A DNA stretch of 64,000 nucleotides from an uncultured Pseudobdellovibrionaceae bacterium (GTDB lineage: Bacteria > Pseudomonadota > Alphaproteobacteria > Micavibrionales > Micavibrionaceae), in the NCBI GenBank assembly GCA_964607245.1, contig CAZSIB010000005.1, positions 43,203-107,202 of the forward strand, in the 5' to 3' direction. This document shows positions 45,543-57,164 of this stretch, piece after piece (the stretch's first letter is position 1; each line of letters begins with the position of its first letter). The notes under the pieces are model-generated. The model was not told where the DNA came from. It was given only the letters and a program-made list of their open reading frames with translations, and did not search any database. A program made the position numbers and the translations under genes.

Positions 45543-45857
45543 CTACATTGCGGCGATTAAATCACGAGCTGCCTGTTGTTGCTCAGGCGATCTCCATTCG
45601 TAAGCAGATTCAACGTGGGAGGATTCTAAACCAATGATTGTGCCTTTTGAATTAAAAAGGATAGCCCATTCTGCGGAACTATTACCAATAGCTTTGAAAA
45701 CGGCACATAGGTGAGGGGCGGGCCCCGCATCGGGGTATAAATATTCTGCGCAGATGTATGCGCCAGCGGTCGTAGGTTTGCCGTGGTTGCCTATTTTGTG
45801 AGGACCAACGACTTCGAAAGTCTGCAGTTGGCTTGGGTCATTAAGATGCATGACCAT
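45543..45857 (-). CDS. Hypothetical protein (104 aa), second ORF of the rplL-rpoB spacer cassette
   Basis: The ORF start overlaps the stop of the upstream 46-aa ORF by 17 nt and has no SD of its own, which suggests translational coupling. It ends 22 nt before the bidirectional terminator. No family recognised. Confidence 0.5.
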   Translation of the reverse strand: MVMHLNDPSQLQTFEVVGPHKIGNHGKPTTAGAYICAEYLYPDAGPAPHLCAVFKAIGNSSAEWAILFNSKGTIIGLESSHVESAYEWRSPEQQQAARDLIAAM

Positions 45858-45981
45858 TCATAAAATCGATTTCTGATACCTTCGGAGCCCCAAAATGGGC
45901 TCTCAGTTTTTCAAGGGTTGCGGGGGCTTCCGTTCCTGATGCCGGTAAGACGTGTTCAGGAATGGTTGGCGATATGGACAT
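45841..45981 (-). CDS. Hypothetical small protein (46 aa), first ORF of the rplL-rpoB spacer cassette
   Basis: Internal ATG at 45981 (MSISPTIPEHVLPASGTEAPATLEKLRAHFGAPKVSEIDFMNGHAS) with GGAG 10 nt upstream. The longer 74-aa version starts in very AT-rich sequence that looks like promoter DNA. Confidence 0.4.
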   Translation of the reverse strand: MSISPTIPEHVLPASGTEAPATLEKLRAHFGAPKVSEIDFMNGHAS

Positions 45982-46014
45982 AATGTAAAATCTCCAAAAG
46001 TTATGTAATGTATT

Positions 46015-46041
46015 ATTATAGGAAGAATAAAATCGAGGCAA
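46015..46041 (-). promoter_or_regulatory. Candidate promoter for the antisense cassette
   Basis: On the minus strand: TTGCCT (46041-46036), a 15-nt spacer, then a consensus TATAAT (46020-46015), about 30 nt upstream of the 46-aa ORF. Confidence 0.3.
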
Positions 46042-46149
46042 GATAATAAATACGGAATTATACAACTGAAAAATGGCAGAATTAATACCTAGTTAATTTT
46101 CCCCTTTACATTTCCCCCTATTCCCGCTAAAACTGCGCGACTTTACCTT

Positions 46150-46190
46150 TGGGTGGGGCGTACCCCCATCCACAAGCTTTTGTTCTTGCA
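46150..46190 (+). terminator. Terminator-like hairpin upstream of rpoB (possible remnant or active attenuator)
   Basis: TGGGTGGGG-CGTAC-CCCCATCCA (9 bp including one G:T) followed by CAAGCTTTTGTTCTTG. Confidence 0.3.
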
Positions 46191-46316
46191 TGGTTTTTTG
46201 GGGAATCGCGCCCCCCTTGAAACGGGACCGAACGACAGGCTTGACCACCCGCGCACCTTTATAAAAATTTGTTTCATGCCCGTGATGGGCTTTTACGGCT
46301 TCAAGGAACCTGTACC

Positions 46317-49300
46317 ATGACCGCGAAAAAAACCGCTACTGCCTCTTCCTCCTCAAAAACACAAAAAGCGAAGAAAGGCGTGGCGGTTGGACCGGTCAAG
46401 GCGCTGCGCCAGAAACTGGATTACCCGGTTGTGGCCGCGAACACGGTCGACAGTTTCACGGGCCGCAAGCGTGTCCGCATGTCCTTTGGCAAGATTGAAG
46501 AAATCGCCCAGATGCCGAACCTGATTGAGGTTCAGCGCAATTCCTATGAGGCGTTCTTGCAGATGGGCGTGGTGCCGGCGGAACGCAAGATGCAGGGCTT
46601 GCAAGAAGTGCTCTCGACCGTTTTTCCGGTCAAGGATTTTTCGGGTCGCGCGGAAATCGACTTTGTTCAATATGAACTGGAACAGCCGAAATTCGATGTC
46701 GATGAATGCCAACAACGCGGCATGACCTATGCCGCGCCCTTGCGCGTGACCTTGCGCTTGTCGGTGTTTGACGTCGATGAAACGACAGGCCTCCGGTCGA
46801 TCCGCGATATTAAAGAACAAGATGTGTATATGGTCGATATGCCGCTCATGACCCGGCATGGGACCTTTGTCGTGAACGGCACCGAACGCGTGATCGTCAG
46901 TCAAATGCACCGTTCCCCTGGGGTCTTCTTTGATCATGACGGTGGAAAGACCCACGCATCGGGTAAATATTTGTTTACGGCACGCGTGATTCCGTATCGC
47001 GGCTCGTGGCTGGATTTCGAATTTGATGCCAAAGATATTTTGAACGTCCGGATTGACCGTCGCCGGAAATTGCCGGTGACGACGATGCTGCGTGCCCTTG
47101 ATTCCGCCGCGACCGAAACCTATCGCCGCGCGCAAGAAGCCAAGGACCAACCGATTGATCCGTTGATGGTTCAAGGGATGTCAAACGAAGAAATCCTGAA
47201 GACGTTCTATGAAACCGTTGTGTACACCCGTGTCGACGGTAAAAAGGGCGGGTGGAAAACCCCGTTCAATGCTGAACGGATGCGCGGCGTTAAACTCAAC
47301 TATGATCTCGTGAATGCCGCGAATGGTAAAGTACTTGCTGAAGCGGGTGAAAAAATCACCGCGCGGACGGCAAAGAAACTCGCTGAAGATGGCGTCAAGG
47401 AAATCTTGGTCCAGGATCCAGAACTGGTGACCGCCTATCTGGCCAGTGACATTATCGATGAGAAAAAAGGAATTGTTCTGTTCGAAGCCGGGCATGAACT
47501 TTCCGAAAAAGATATTGAAAAAATCCATGACATGGATCTGGACCGGGTTGATGTGTTGGCGATTGATCATGTCAACGTGGGTCCCTATATCCGCAATACA
47601 CTCCTTGCTGATAAGTGCGATACGCGCGAAGAGGCCTTGATTGATATTTACCGTGTCATGCGCCCGGGCGAACCGCCCACCGTTGAATCGGCGGATGCCC
47701 TGTTCCAAGGTTTGTTCTTTGATGCGGAACGCTATGATTTGTCCGCGGTTGGTCGTGTCAAATTGAATGGCCGTTTGGATCTGCAATGCGATGATCAAAT
47801 GCGTATTCTGCGCAAGGATGACATCTTGGCGATTGTGAAATACATGCACAATCTGAAAGATGGTCGCGGCGAAGTGGATGATATTGACAACTTGGGCAAC
47901 CGCCGTGTGCGCTCGGTTGGTGAACTCATGGAAAATCAGGTGCGTTTGGGCCTCACCCGGATGGAACGCCCCATTCGCGAACGCATGTCCTCGGTCGATA
48001 TCGACACCTATATGCCGCATGATTTGATTAATTCGAAACCGGTCGGCGCGGCGGTGCGTGAATTTTTTGCATCGTCCCAGTTGTCCCAGTTTATGGACCA
48101 AACGAACCCGCTCTCGGAAATCACGCACAAGCGTCGTTTGTCGGCCCTCGGGCCCGGGGGTCTCACACGTGAACGCGCGGGCTTTGAAGTGCGTGACGTG
48201 CATCCCACCCATTATGGCCGTATCTGCCCGATTGAAACCCCTGAAGGTCCGAACATTGGTCTCATTAACTCGCTCTCCACTTTTGCGCGCGTGAACCAAT
48301 ATGGCTTCATTGAAAGCCCCTACCGCAAAGTTGCGAACGGCAAAGTCACGGATGACGTCGTGTACATGTCGGCGATGGAAGAGGCGCGGTATACAATTGC
48401 TCAGGCAAACGCCGAACTTGATGCCAAGGGCGGATTTGTGACTGATCTCGTGTCCTGCCGTAAAGCGGGTGAAAACTTGATGTCGCCCAAAGATGCGATT
48501 GAATTTATTGACGTGTCGCCGAAACAGGTGATTTCGGTTGCGGCCGCGCTTATTCCCTTCTTGGAAAATGATGACGCAAACCGCGCCCTCATGGGTTCGA
48601 ACATGCAGCGTCAGGCGGTGCCCTTGCTCCGTTCGGATGCGCCGCTTGTCGGAACCGGGATGGAGGCCACCGTCGCCCGTGATTCCGGTGCGGCCGTGAC
48701 GGCCCGTCGGGGTGGCGTTGTGGTTCAGGTGGAAGCGCACCGTATCGTTGTGCGCGCAACCGATGGCCTGTCCGCGAACGAGCCCACGGTCGATATTTAT
48801 AAATTGCAAAAATTCCAACGCTCCAACCAATCGACCTGTATCAATCAACGCCCGCTCGTGCGCGTGAATGATGTGATTAAGGCCGGCGATATTATTGCCG
48901 ATGGCCCGTCAACCCAACTTGGGGAACTGGCGCTCGGTCGCAACGTGCTCGTCGCGTTTATGCCGTGGAATGGATACAACTTTGAAGATTCCATTTTGCT
49001 CAATGAACGTATCGTGCGGGATGACGTCTTTACCTCGATCCATATCGAAGAATTCGAAGTGATGGCGCGTGACACCAAGCTGGGGTCCGAAGAAATTACC
49101 CGCGACATTCCGAACGTTGGGGAAGAGGCGTTGAAACACCTGGATGAGGCCGGGATTGTGCATATCGGGGCCGAAGTGGTCGCGGGCGATATTCTGGTGG
49201 GTAAAGTGACGCCCAAGGGCGAATCGCCGATGACACCCGAAGAAAAACTGCTCCGTGCGATTTTTGGTGAGAAAGCCGCCGATGTAAAAGATACATCGCT

Positions 49301-50645
49301 GCGTTTACCGCCGGGTGTTCAAGGAACGATCGTCGACGTGCGCTTGTTCAACCGTCGTGGGATCGATAAAGATCCGCGCTCGATCTTGATTGAACGTGAG
49401 GAAATTGAACGTCTGGCCAAGGACCGCGACGATGAACGCCGCATTCTGGAAGATGGGTATTATTCGCGTTTACATGATCTGTTGCTCCGTAAAACTGTGG
49501 CGGCGGCACCCAAGGAAACGCATCTGAAAAAAGGTGACGTGATTACGGTCGCGGCGCTTGACGGTATCGAAAAACGCGGATTGTGGCGTCAAATCGCGGT
49601 CACGAATGAAGAAATCATGACCGAAATCGAAGCCATGGGAAAAACCTTTGATGACGCGGTCGATAACCTGAAGGAACGTTTTGAATCCAAGGTTGAAAAA
49701 CTGCAGCGTGGGGACGAATTGCCCCCGGGCGTCATGAAAATGGTCAAGGTGTTTGTGGCCGTGAAACGCAAGGTTCAGCCTGGTGATAAAATGGCCGGAC
49801 GTCACGGGAACAAGGGGGTTGTTTCGCGCATCCTCCCCTCCGAAGACATGCCCTACCTCGAGGACGGAACGCCCGTGGATATCGTGCTGAACCCGCTTGG
49901 GGTGCCGTCACGGATGAACGTGGGTCAAATCTTGGAAACGCATTTGGGGTGGGCGTCTGCCAATCTGGGGCGTCAAATCGGCCAGTTGATTGACAGCTTT
50001 AAAAACGACAACGAACCCACCGATACCGAAGTCAAGTCGCTCAAGACTAAATTGAAAGACGTCTATGGCGAGCGCGAATTCTCGGCCAAGGTGTCGAAAC
50101 TTGACGATACCCAAATGGTCGAAATGGCTAAAAACTTGCGCGGCGGCGTGCCGATGGCGACACCGGTGTTTGACGGTGCGCATGAAAGCGACATTAACGC
50201 GATGTTGCAAAAAGCGGGCGTCAATACCTCGGGTCAAGTGCGGTTGATTGACGGTCGGACGGGCGATTATTTCGAACGCCCCGTGACGGTCGGTTATATC
50301 TATATGCTGAAACTTCACCACTTGGTCGACGATAAAATCCACGCGCGCTCGATCGGGCCCTATTCCTTGGTCACGCAACAACCCTTGGGCGGTAAAGCAC
50401 AATTCGGGGGTCAGCGTTTCGGGGAAATGGAAGTCTGGGCGCTTCAAGCGTACGGCGCGGCCTATACCCTTCAAGAACTGCTCACCATTAAATCCGATGA
50501 CGTGGCGGGCCGGTCCAAGGTGTACGAGGCCATCGTGCGCGGCGAAGACAATTTTGAAATCGGCATCCCGGAATCGTTCAACGTGCTCACCAAGGAACTG
50601 AAAGCCTTGGGCCTGCATGTCGATATGAAGCAAACGGGTAACTAA
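46317..50645 (+). CDS. rpoB: DNA-directed RNA polymerase subunit beta
   Basis: ...[37 protein letters not shown]... and canonical RpoB blocks throughout (e.g. ...NMQRQAVPL..., ...[15 protein letters not shown]...). ATG 46317 has an AAGGAA SD. The track ORF starts at an upstream TTG. Confidence 0.95.
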   Translation: MTAKKTATASSSSKTQKAKKGVAVGPVKALRQKLDYPVVAANTVDSFTGRKRVRMSFGKIEEIAQMPNLIEVQRNSYEAFLQMGVVPAERKMQGLQEVLSTVFPVKDFSGRAEIDFVQYELEQPKFDVDECQQRGMTYAAPLRVTLRLSVFDVDETTGLRSIRDIKEQDVYMVDMPLMTRHGTFVVNGTERVIVSQMHRSPGVFFDHDGGKTHASGKYLFTARVIPYRGSWLDFEFDAKDILNVRIDRRRKLPVTTMLRALDSAATETYRRAQEAKDQPIDPLMVQGMSNEEILKTFYETVVYTRVDGKKGGWKTPFNAERMRGVKLNYDLVNAANGKVLAEAGEKITARTAKKLAEDGVKEILVQDPELVTAYLASDIIDEKKGIVLFEAGHELSEKDIEKIHDMDLDRVDVLAIDHVNVGPYIRNTLLADKCDTREEALIDIYRVMRPGEPPTVESADALFQGLFFDAERYDLSAVGRVKLNGRLDLQCDDQMRILRKDDILAIVKYMHNLKDGRGEVDDIDNLGNRRVRSVGELMENQVRLGLTRMERPIRERMSSVDIDTYMPHDLINSKPVGAAVREFFASSQLSQFMDQTNPLSEITHKRRLSALGPGGLTRERAGFEVRDVHPTHYGRICPIETPEGPNIGLINSLSTFARVNQYGFIESPYRKVANGKVTDDVVYMSAMEEARYTIAQANAELDAKGGFVTDLVSCRKAGENLMSPKDAIEFIDVSPKQVISVAAALIPFLENDDANRALMGSNMQRQAVPLLRSDAPLVGTGMEATVARDSGAAVTARRGGVVVQVEAHRIVVRATDGLSANEPTVDIYKLQKFQRSNQSTCINQRPLVRVNDVIKAGDIIADGPSTQLGELALGRNVLVAFMPWNGYNFEDSILLNERIVRDDVFTSIHIEEFEVMARDTKLGSEEITRDIPNVGEEALKHLDEAGIVHIGAEVVAGDILVGKVTPKGESPMTPEEKLLRAIFGEKAADVKDTSLRLPPGVQGTIVDVRLFNRRGIDKDPRSILIEREEIERLAKDRDDERRILEDGYYSRLHDLLLRKTVAAAPKETHLKKGDVITVAALDGIEKRGLWRQIAVTNEEIMTEIEAMGKTFDDAVDNLKERFESKVEKLQRGDELPPGVMKMVKVFVAVKRKVQPGDKMAGRHGNKGVVSRILPSEDMPYLEDGTPVDIVLNPLGVPSRMNVGQILETHLGWASANLGRQIGQLIDSFKNDNEPTDTEVKSLKTKLKDVYGEREFSAKVSKLDDTQMVEMAKNLRGGVPMATPVFDGAHESDINAMLQKAGVNTSGQVRLIDGRTGDYFERPVTVGYIYMLKLHHLVDDKIHARSIGPYSLVTQQPLGGKAQFGGQRFGEMEVWALQAYGAAYTLQELLTIKSDDVAGRSKVYEAIVRGEDNFEIGIPESFNVLTKELKALGLHVDMKQTGN

Positions 50646-50677
50646 CGGTAACTGGCAAAAATTAGGAGACTTAAATC

Positions 50678-53600
50678 ATGAACGAACTGATGAACCTGTT
50701 TGGCCAGCCCACCGGTCCGCAAAGCTTTGACTCGATCCGCATTTCGATTGCGAGCCCCGAGCAAATTCTGTCCTGGTCCTTTGGCGAAGTGAAAAAGCCG
50801 GAAACGATCAATTACCGCACGTTCAAACCAGAACGTGACGGGTTGTTCTGTGCCCGTATTTTTGGTCCGATCAAGGATTACGAATGCGTGTGCGGCAAGT
50901 ACAAGCGCATGAAGTACAAAGGCATTATCTGCGAAAAATGCGGCGTTGAAGTCACACTGACCAAAGTGCGCCGCGAACGCATGGGCCATATTGAACTGGC
51001 CGCGCCCGTCGCCCATATCTGGTTCTTGAAATCGCTCCCATCGCGTATCGGTCTGATGATCGATATGACGCTCAAGGATTTGGAACGCGTCTTGTACTTT
51101 GAAAACTATGTTGTGACCGAACCGGGCATGACGTCCCTGAAGATGTTCCAACTTTTGACGGAAGAAGAATTTTATAACGCCCAAGAAGAATTTGGCGACG
51201 ATAATTTCAAGGCCGGCATTGGCGCCGAGGCCCTGAAAGACATCTTGGTCAAAATCAATTTGGAAGACGAAAAGGTCAAAACAGAAGAAGAACTGCGCGA
51301 CACGTCATCCGAAGCCAAGCGTAAAAAACTGGTGAAACGCCTGAAACTCATCGATTCGTTCATCGCCTCGGGCACACGTCCGGAATGGATGATTTTGGAT
51401 GTGGTGCCGGTGTTGCCGCCGGAACTCCGTCCGCTTGTGCCGCTCGATGGCGGTCGTTTCGCGACCTCGGATCTGAATGATCTGTATCGTCGTGTGATCA
51501 ACCGGAACAACCGTTTGAAGCGTTTGATTGAACTGCGCGCTCCTGACATTATCATCCGGAACGAAAAGCGGATGCTGCAGGAATCGGTCGATGCGTTGTT
51601 CGATAACGGACGTCGTGGCCGCGTGATTACCGGCGCGAATAAGCGTCCGCTCAAATCGCTCTCCGATATGCTGAAAGGCAAGCAAGGGCGTTTCCGTCAA
51701 AACTTGCTTGGGAAACGTGTCGATTATTCGGGCCGTTCGGTCATCGTCGTCGGGCCTGAACTGAAACTTCATCAGTGCGGGTTGCCCAAGAAAATGGCGC
51801 TTGAACTGTTCAAACCCTTTATTTACCACAAACTCGAACTTTACGGTCTTGCGACCACAATCAAGGCCGCAAAACGTATGGTGGAAAAAGAACGGCCCGA
51901 AGTCTGGGACATTCTGGAAGAGGTCATTCGCGAACACCCGGTTTTGTTAAACCGCGCCCCGACCTTGCACCGTTTGGGGATTCAGGCGTTTGAACCCATC
52001 CTGATTGAAGGCAAGGCCATTCAACTGCACCCGCTGGTTTGTACCGCGTTTAACGCCGACTTTGACGGCGACCAAATGGCGGTTCACGTGCCCTTGTCGG
52101 TTGAAGCTCAACTTGAGGCCCGCGTGTTGATGATGTCGACCAACAACATCCTCTCGCCCGCGAACGGCAAGCCGATTATCGTGCCGTCCCAGGATATCGT
52201 CTTGGGGATCTATTACTTGTCCCTCATGCGCGATGCGCAACCGGGCGAAGGTATGGTCTTCCGCGATGTGTCCGAAATTCATCACGCGATGAACGAAAAA
52301 GTTCTGGGCCTGCACGCCAAGATCAAGTGCCGGTACAAGGGTGTCGATGAAAACGGCAAACCGATGACCACGATTGTTGAAACAACGCCGGGCCGGATGC
52401 TGCTCTCTGAACTTCTGCCGCGTCACCCCAAGATCGGGTTCAAAGTGGTGAACCAAGTCTTGACCAAGAAAGATATCGGGAATTTGATTGATATCGTCTA
52501 TCGCCATTGCGACCACAAGGAAACGGTCATTTTCTGTGACCGCATGATGAAACTCGGGTTCCGTTATGCGTGCTTTGCTGGGATTTCGTTTGGTAAAGAC
52601 GATCTGATTATTCCGGACGCCAAGGCCAAAATGGTGGCCTCCGCCAAGGCCAAGGTCGGTGAATACGAACAGCAATATATGGACGGCTTGATCACCAAGG
52701 GTGAAAAATACAACAAGGTCGTCGATATCTGGTCGCATTGCACGGACGAAGTCGCGGACGCGATGATGAAGGGCATTGCCCAGATGAATGCGACAAACCC
52801 GAACGCCGTTTATATGATGGCGCATTCCGGGGCGCGGGGGTCGGCTGCCCAGATTCGCCAGTTGGCGGGGATGCGCGGCCTCATGGCCAAACCGTCGGGC
52901 GAAATCATCGAAACGCCGATTATCGCGAACTTTAAAGAAGGTCTGTCGGTGCTCGAATACTTTAACTCGACTCACGGGGCGCGGAAGGGGCTTGCCGATA
53001 CGGCGCTTAAAACCGCGAACTCGGGTTACCTGACACGTCGCTTGGTCGATGTGGCCCAAGACGCAATCATCGTCGAGGAAGATTGCGGCACGGATAAAGG
53101 CATCACCATGCGTGCGGTGATGTCGGGGGCCGACCTCATTGTGTCGCTCTCGGATCGTATTCTGGGTCGCTTTGCGGCGGCGGATGTGAATGATCCACTC
53201 TCGGGTAAACCGCTTGTGAAAGCCGGCGAGATGATCGACGAAGTCAAGGCGGAAATGATCGAAACGGCGGGCGTTGACTCGGTTCTCGTGCGGTCCAGCT
53301 TGACCTGTCAAACCGAAAATGGCTTGTGTGCCAAGTGCTATGGCCGTGATCTCGCGCGTGGATCCATCGTGAACCGCGGCGAAGCCGTGGGGGTGATGGC
53401 CGCGCAGTCCATTGGAGAGCCCGGAACTCAGCTCACCATGCGGACCTTCCACATCGGCGGTGCGGCGCAGCGTGGTGCCGAACGTTCGCATGTAGAATCG
53501 ACCATGAATGCCACGGTTGAAATTCGGCACAAGAATATCGTGAAGAATTCGGCTGGGCTCGTGATCGTGATGGGTCGTAATACGGAACTTGTCTTGAAAG

Positions 53601-54862
53601 ATGCCAAAGGCGCGGACAAAGCGGTGCACCGTATTCCGTACGGGGCGCGCCTGATCGTCGATACGGGGGACAAGGTGAAGCCCGGCGACAAGATGGCCGA
53701 ATGGGATCCGTACACCTTGCCGATTATCACGGAAAAAGACGGGGTCGCCCAATATGCCGACTTGGTCGAAGGCATCTCGATTTCCGAGAAAATGGATGAA
53801 GCCACGGGGATTTCGTCGAAGGTTGTCATTGACTGGCGCTCCCAACCCAAGGGCGGCAGCTTGAAACCGCGTGTGGCCTTGATGGGTGCCGATAACAAGG
53901 TGATCAGCCTGCCGTCGGGGATGCCCGCCAATTATTACCTGCCGGTGGATGCGATCTTGTCGGTTGAAAACGGACAAAAGGTCAAGGCCGGGGACATCGT
54001 TGCGCGTATCCCGCGTGAATCATCGAAGACCCGCGATATTACGGGCGGTCTGCCACGCGTGGCGGAACTGTTCGAAGCGCGTCGTCCAAAAGATGCGGCC
54101 GTGATGGCCGAGGTCGATGGGTATGTGGAATTTGGCAAGGATTATAAATCCAAGCGCCGCATCGTCCTGAACCCCACCGATAAATCGGAAGAACCGCGCG
54201 AATATTTGATCCCGAAAGGGCGTCATTTGGCCGTGGCCGAAGGTGACTTTGTGCGTCGGGGCGATAATCTGCTTGATGGCGCGATGGTCCCGCATGACAT
54301 TCTGGACGTGATGGGGGTCGAGGCCTTGGCCGGATACCTGATCAATGAAATTCAGGACGTCTATCGCCTTCAAGGGGTGAAGATCAACGACAAGCACATC
54401 GAAGTGATCGTGCGCCAAATGCTTCAGAAAATGGAAGTGTTGGAGGTCGGCGATTCGACCTGGCTTGTGGGCGAACATGTCGACCGCGACGAATTTTCGA
54501 TCGAGAATGCGAAACTGGCGGCGGACGGCAAACGTCCCGCGGTGGCGAAACCTGTGCTTCAGGGGATCACCAAGGCCAGCTTGCAGACCAAGTCGTTTAT
54601 CTCGGCGGCGTCCTTCCAGGAAACAACACGTGTCCTGACCGAAGCCGCGACCCAAGGCAAGGTCGATACGCTCAATGGTCTCAAGGAAAACGTGATCGTC
54701 GGGCGCTTGATCCCGGCGGGGACGGGGGCCTATGTCGCGAAACTCAAGAAACTCGCGGCGGATCGGGACCAACTTGCGATTGCGGCCCAGCACCAGGCGG
54801 TCGCAACCGATGCGGCCCCAGTGCTGGAACCCGCGCCCGAGAAAAAACTCGCTCAAGCGTAA
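50678..54862 (+). CDS. rpoC: DNA-directed RNA polymerase subunit beta'
   Basis: Zinc-finger [23 protein letters not shown], the catalytic [12 protein letters not shown] motif, and the G-loop/trigger-loop regions. 1394 aa. Confidence 0.97.
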   Translation: MNELMNLFGQPTGPQSFDSIRISIASPEQILSWSFGEVKKPETINYRTFKPERDGLFCARIFGPIKDYECVCGKYKRMKYKGIICEKCGVEVTLTKVRRERMGHIELAAPVAHIWFLKSLPSRIGLMIDMTLKDLERVLYFENYVVTEPGMTSLKMFQLLTEEEFYNAQEEFGDDNFKAGIGAEALKDILVKINLEDEKVKTEEELRDTSSEAKRKKLVKRLKLIDSFIASGTRPEWMILDVVPVLPPELRPLVPLDGGRFATSDLNDLYRRVINRNNRLKRLIELRAPDIIIRNEKRMLQESVDALFDNGRRGRVITGANKRPLKSLSDMLKGKQGRFRQNLLGKRVDYSGRSVIVVGPELKLHQCGLPKKMALELFKPFIYHKLELYGLATTIKAAKRMVEKERPEVWDILEEVIREHPVLLNRAPTLHRLGIQAFEPILIEGKAIQLHPLVCTAFNADFDGDQMAVHVPLSVEAQLEARVLMMSTNNILSPANGKPIIVPSQDIVLGIYYLSLMRDAQPGEGMVFRDVSEIHHAMNEKVLGLHAKIKCRYKGVDENGKPMTTIVETTPGRMLLSELLPRHPKIGFKVVNQVLTKKDIGNLIDIVYRHCDHKETVIFCDRMMKLGFRYACFAGISFGKDDLIIPDAKAKMVASAKAKVGEYEQQYMDGLITKGEKYNKVVDIWSHCTDEVADAMMKGIAQMNATNPNAVYMMAHSGARGSAAQIRQLAGMRGLMAKPSGEIIETPIIANFKEGLSVLEYFNSTHGARKGLADTALKTANSGYLTRRLVDVAQDAIIVEEDCGTDKGITMRAVMSGADLIVSLSDRILGRFAAADVNDPLSGKPLVKAGEMIDEVKAEMIETAGVDSVLVRSSLTCQTENGLCAKCYGRDLARGSIVNRGEAVGVMAAQSIGEPGTQLTMRTFHIGGAAQRGAERSHVESTMNATVEIRHKNIVKNSAGLVIVMGRNTELVLKDAKGADKAVHRIPYGARLIVDTGDKVKPGDKMAEWDPYTLPIITEKDGVAQYADLVEGISISEKMDEATGISSKVVIDWRSQPKGGSLKPRVALMGADNKVISLPSGMPANYYLPVDAILSVENGQKVKAGDIVARIPRESSKTRDITGGLPRVAELFEARRPKDAAVMAEVDGYVEFGKDYKSKRRIVLNPTDKSEEPREYLIPKGRHLAVAEGDFVRRGDNLLDGAMVPHDILDVMGVEALAGYLINEIQDVYRLQGVKINDKHIEVIVRQMLQKMEVLEVGDSTWLVGEHVDRDEFSIENAKLAADGKRPAVAKPVLQGITKASLQTKSFISAASFQETTRVLTEAATQGKVDTLNGLKENVIVGRLIPAGTGAYVAKLKKLAADRDQLAIAAQHQAVATDAAPVLEPAPEKKLAQA

Positions 54863-54890
54863 CGTCTTGTTCTTATTTAATCCTTTACAA

Positions 54891-54918
54891 AAACCGGGGC
54901 CAAAAACCCCGGTTTTTT
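54891..54918 (+). terminator. Intrinsic terminator after rpoC
   Basis: CCGGGG-CCAAAAA-CCCCGG followed by a T6 run. Confidence 0.75.
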
Positions 54919-54992
54919 AACATAAAATTTACTCTTTTTGATCATAATTATAAAAAATAAACGAACCGCATGATCTAAAAGGAGCGCACAAG

Positions 54993-55742
54993 ATGGGTTT
55001 TCAAGATTGGCTGAAAAATCTGGGCAAAGAAGGGCAGAAACGTGCGGAAGAACAGGCGAAAAAACGCGCGGGCAGCTCCAATAAAACCGGCGGCCCCTTG
55101 GGGGAATATGTGGATGATCATCCTGTTTTGACTTGTGGGACCGAGACAACCCCTGCTTCACCCATTATTAACGTCTTGCGCCATACCCCGCTTGTCGATT
55201 GCAAAAAACCCGGAAAGAAAGAGAAATCTGCTGGGGAGGCCCCGAAAAACCGCGCGCCCGTGGAAGACCGCAGTAAAACACCCGCCCAGATTGATGCCGA
55301 TGCTGTGCGCCTAGAAGCCCTGCGCGAAGCCGATCGTGCGATTCAAAAGGCAAAAGCACCTGTGGCGGCACCTGTTACCCCAGCGGCACCTGTAGCATCC
55401 GAACCGGCTGCGGCCCCGCCCGCCGCATCTGAACCCGCGCAAACCTTTCCGGTGCGCGAACCTGGAAGAATTGAAACCCGCCCGGCAACCGATACACCGC
55501 TCAGTGACGCCGGCGCTTATACCCCCATTCGGGGTCGGTTTTCTGCGGATATTTATAAAGGTGCAACGGGTCAGGTTGGGTCTGCGGCGACTCCGGCGCT
55601 TCAAGAAGTATTCGCAAGTGCGGTGGCCGATAAAAACTACGATGCTCGCGTGGCGCGTGTTGCTCCTGTGGCACCTGCGTCCGCCCCCGAACCCGAACGT
55701 GTGGCGATAACCACACCGGAGCGTGCCCCCACCGTGTTTTAG
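54993..55742 (+). CDS. Hypothetical Ala/Pro-rich protein (249 aa)
   Basis: AAAGGAG SD. The low-complexity core has imperfect APVAAPVTPAAPVAS repeats. No domain recognised. Confidence 0.5.
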   Translation: MGFQDWLKNLGKEGQKRAEEQAKKRAGSSNKTGGPLGEYVDDHPVLTCGTETTPASPIINVLRHTPLVDCKKPGKKEKSAGEAPKNRAPVEDRSKTPAQIDADAVRLEALREADRAIQKAKAPVAAPVTPAAPVASEPAAAPPAASEPAQTFPVREPGRIETRPATDTPLSDAGAYTPIRGRFSADIYKGATGQVGSAATPALQEVFASAVADKNYDARVARVAPVAPASAPEPERVAITTPERAPTVF

Positions 55743-55870
55743 GGCCTAGAGTTTTTATTCGCCGCAATCAAGAATGAAGATGCTACTCTGCGCCCCTCTT
55801 TACCTTTTTCTTTGAAGCGTGAAGGGTAAAGCGCCGCGGATCGTTTTAAATTGAAGCGATCATATCATCG

Positions 55871-56179
55871 TTATTGGGGTGGTAGAGGAGAGTTGGTGTG
55901 CTGCCATTCCCTTCGGGTCATATCAAAAACAGCGCAATAGACCTTCCCAGTCGCGACGGCAGCGCGGGCAAAGCCAGCGGCGTTAATATCTCCGGTGGTT
56001 TTTATATCTTTGGGATCCAGCTTCCACGCACGAAGATCTGCGCATTTTTGATCGATTTTTTGCACGATCTGACCTCTGGCCTCTGGGGCCTGGGTGACAA
56101 GAAAAATCCCGCTCGCGCAAGCGCCTGAAAGGGTAAAGGCGACAGCCAATTTAAGCTCTGTTTTTAACGGGATACGCAT
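55871..56179 (-). CDS. Hypothetical lipoprotein (102 aa)
   Basis: Signal peptide with lipobox (TLSGAC) and two further Cys residues. No domain recognised. Confidence 0.55.
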   Translation of the reverse strand: MRIPLKTELKLAVAFTLSGACASGIFLVTQAPEARGQIVQKIDQKCADLRAWKLDPKDIKTTGDINAAGFARAAVATGKVYCAVFDMTRREWQHTNSPLPPQ

Positions 56180-56289
56180 ATTTTCCTCTTTAAAAAGGCC
56201 TATATTAACAAATCATGAACGAGATGCTACCATAACATAATAATTATGTCAACATATAATCATCGCGAAAGACACCCGAATCACCTAAT

Positions 56290-57153
56290 ATGCTTTCTAT
56301 GACTCATAGACCGGATCTTTCCCTTCAAAACCCCGCCGCCGCGCTGTTGTGGCAACTGGATCACGGCATTGATATGCCTTTGGCGGATACGCTTTATACC
56401 GGGGCGGTGATGCCTGCTGCGCCGGCGGCCTTCGATGTTCCGGTCTTGGCCCCGCTACAAGAGCGCGCCTCGATACAACAAAATACCGCCCCGCAGATGG
56501 TGGCAACATCTGATGCGCAAAAGGCGGCGGTGGACCGGGCCTTGGCGGCCCAGACACTGGGCGATCTTCGCGCGGCGATTGCTGAATTTGACGGGATTCA
56601 AATCAAGCGCCATGCCACAAATTTGGTTTTTGCCGATGGCAACCCGAACGCTGCTGTCATGGTGGTGGGCGAGGCCCCCGGCGCCGATGAAGATGCCCAG
56701 GGCCTTCCCTTTGTCGGGGTATCGGGACAGCTTTTGGATAAGATGCTGCTCGCGATTGGTCTCTCGCGCACGGCAGAAGACCCCACAAAATCCGTCTATA
56801 TCAGCAATATTCTGAATTGGCGGCCCCCCGGGAACCGAACCCCAACGGACGCCGAAATCGAGATTTCGCTCCCCTTTATTGAACGGCATATTGCCCTTGT
56901 GCGGCCCCGGATCCTGGTCTTGTCGGGAGGAGTCGCGGCCAAGGCGTTACTGGGCACAACCCAAGGGATCACCCGTCTGCGTGGACAGTGGCACGATTAC
57001 ACCCCGCGTGTGTTGCCTGTGATATCGGATGCCCCGGTGGTTCAAGCGATGCCCATGTATCATCCATCCTTTTTGCTGCGCACGCCGATCAAGAAGCGCG
57101 AGGCGTGGGAAGATTTGCAAGCGGTGCAAGAGCGTCTTGCGCGCGGCGCTTAA
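56290..57153 (+). CDS. Uracil-DNA glycosylase, family 4
   Basis: [30 protein letters not shown] (GEAPG motif), ...NWRPPGNR.P..., and the C-terminal HPSFLLR motif. It has an N-terminal extension, as in other alphaproteobacterial homologues. Confidence 0.85.
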   Translation: MLSMTHRPDLSLQNPAAALLWQLDHGIDMPLADTLYTGAVMPAAPAAFDVPVLAPLQERASIQQNTAPQMVATSDAQKAAVDRALAAQTLGDLRAAIAEFDGIQIKRHATNLVFADGNPNAAVMVVGEAPGADEDAQGLPFVGVSGQLLDKMLLAIGLSRTAEDPTKSVYISNILNWRPPGNRTPTDAEIEISLPFIERHIALVRPRILVLSGGVAAKALLGTTQGITRLRGQWHDYTPRVLPVISDAPVVQAMPMYHPSFLLRTPIKKREAWEDLQAVQERLARGA

Positions 57154-57164
57154 CTTAAAATCCG

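Noticed and set aside
45841-45857. The possibility that the 46-aa and 104-aa ORFs in the rplL-rpoB spacer are one gene split by a frameshift, for example a SUKH/SMI1-like protein suggested by ...LEKLRAHFGAPK...FMNG....
   Set aside because: Adding or removing one T in the only nearby homopolymer (TTTT in GATTTTATG) produces immediate stops rather than a fusion, and a TGA lies directly upstream of the second ORF's ATG in its own frame. This cannot be fully excluded without homologues, so it is mentioned but not adopted.
46241-46267. A candidate rpoB promoter: TTGACC followed by TATAAA or TAAAAA.
   Set aside because: The spacer would be only 13-15 nt, which is poor geometry. I did not list it as a feature, although rpoB must have some promoter downstream of the antisense cassette.
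47181-48848. A 555-aa minus-strand ORF inside rpoB. Similar long antisense ORFs exist at 51947-53977 (676 aa), 54020-54856, 49908-50633 and 46353-47174 inside rpoB/rpoC.
   Set aside because: These are shadow ORFs on the antisense strand of highly conserved genes with strong codon bias. Their translations are low-complexity (R/H/G/F-rich) with no motifs. The sense-strand genes are unambiguous.
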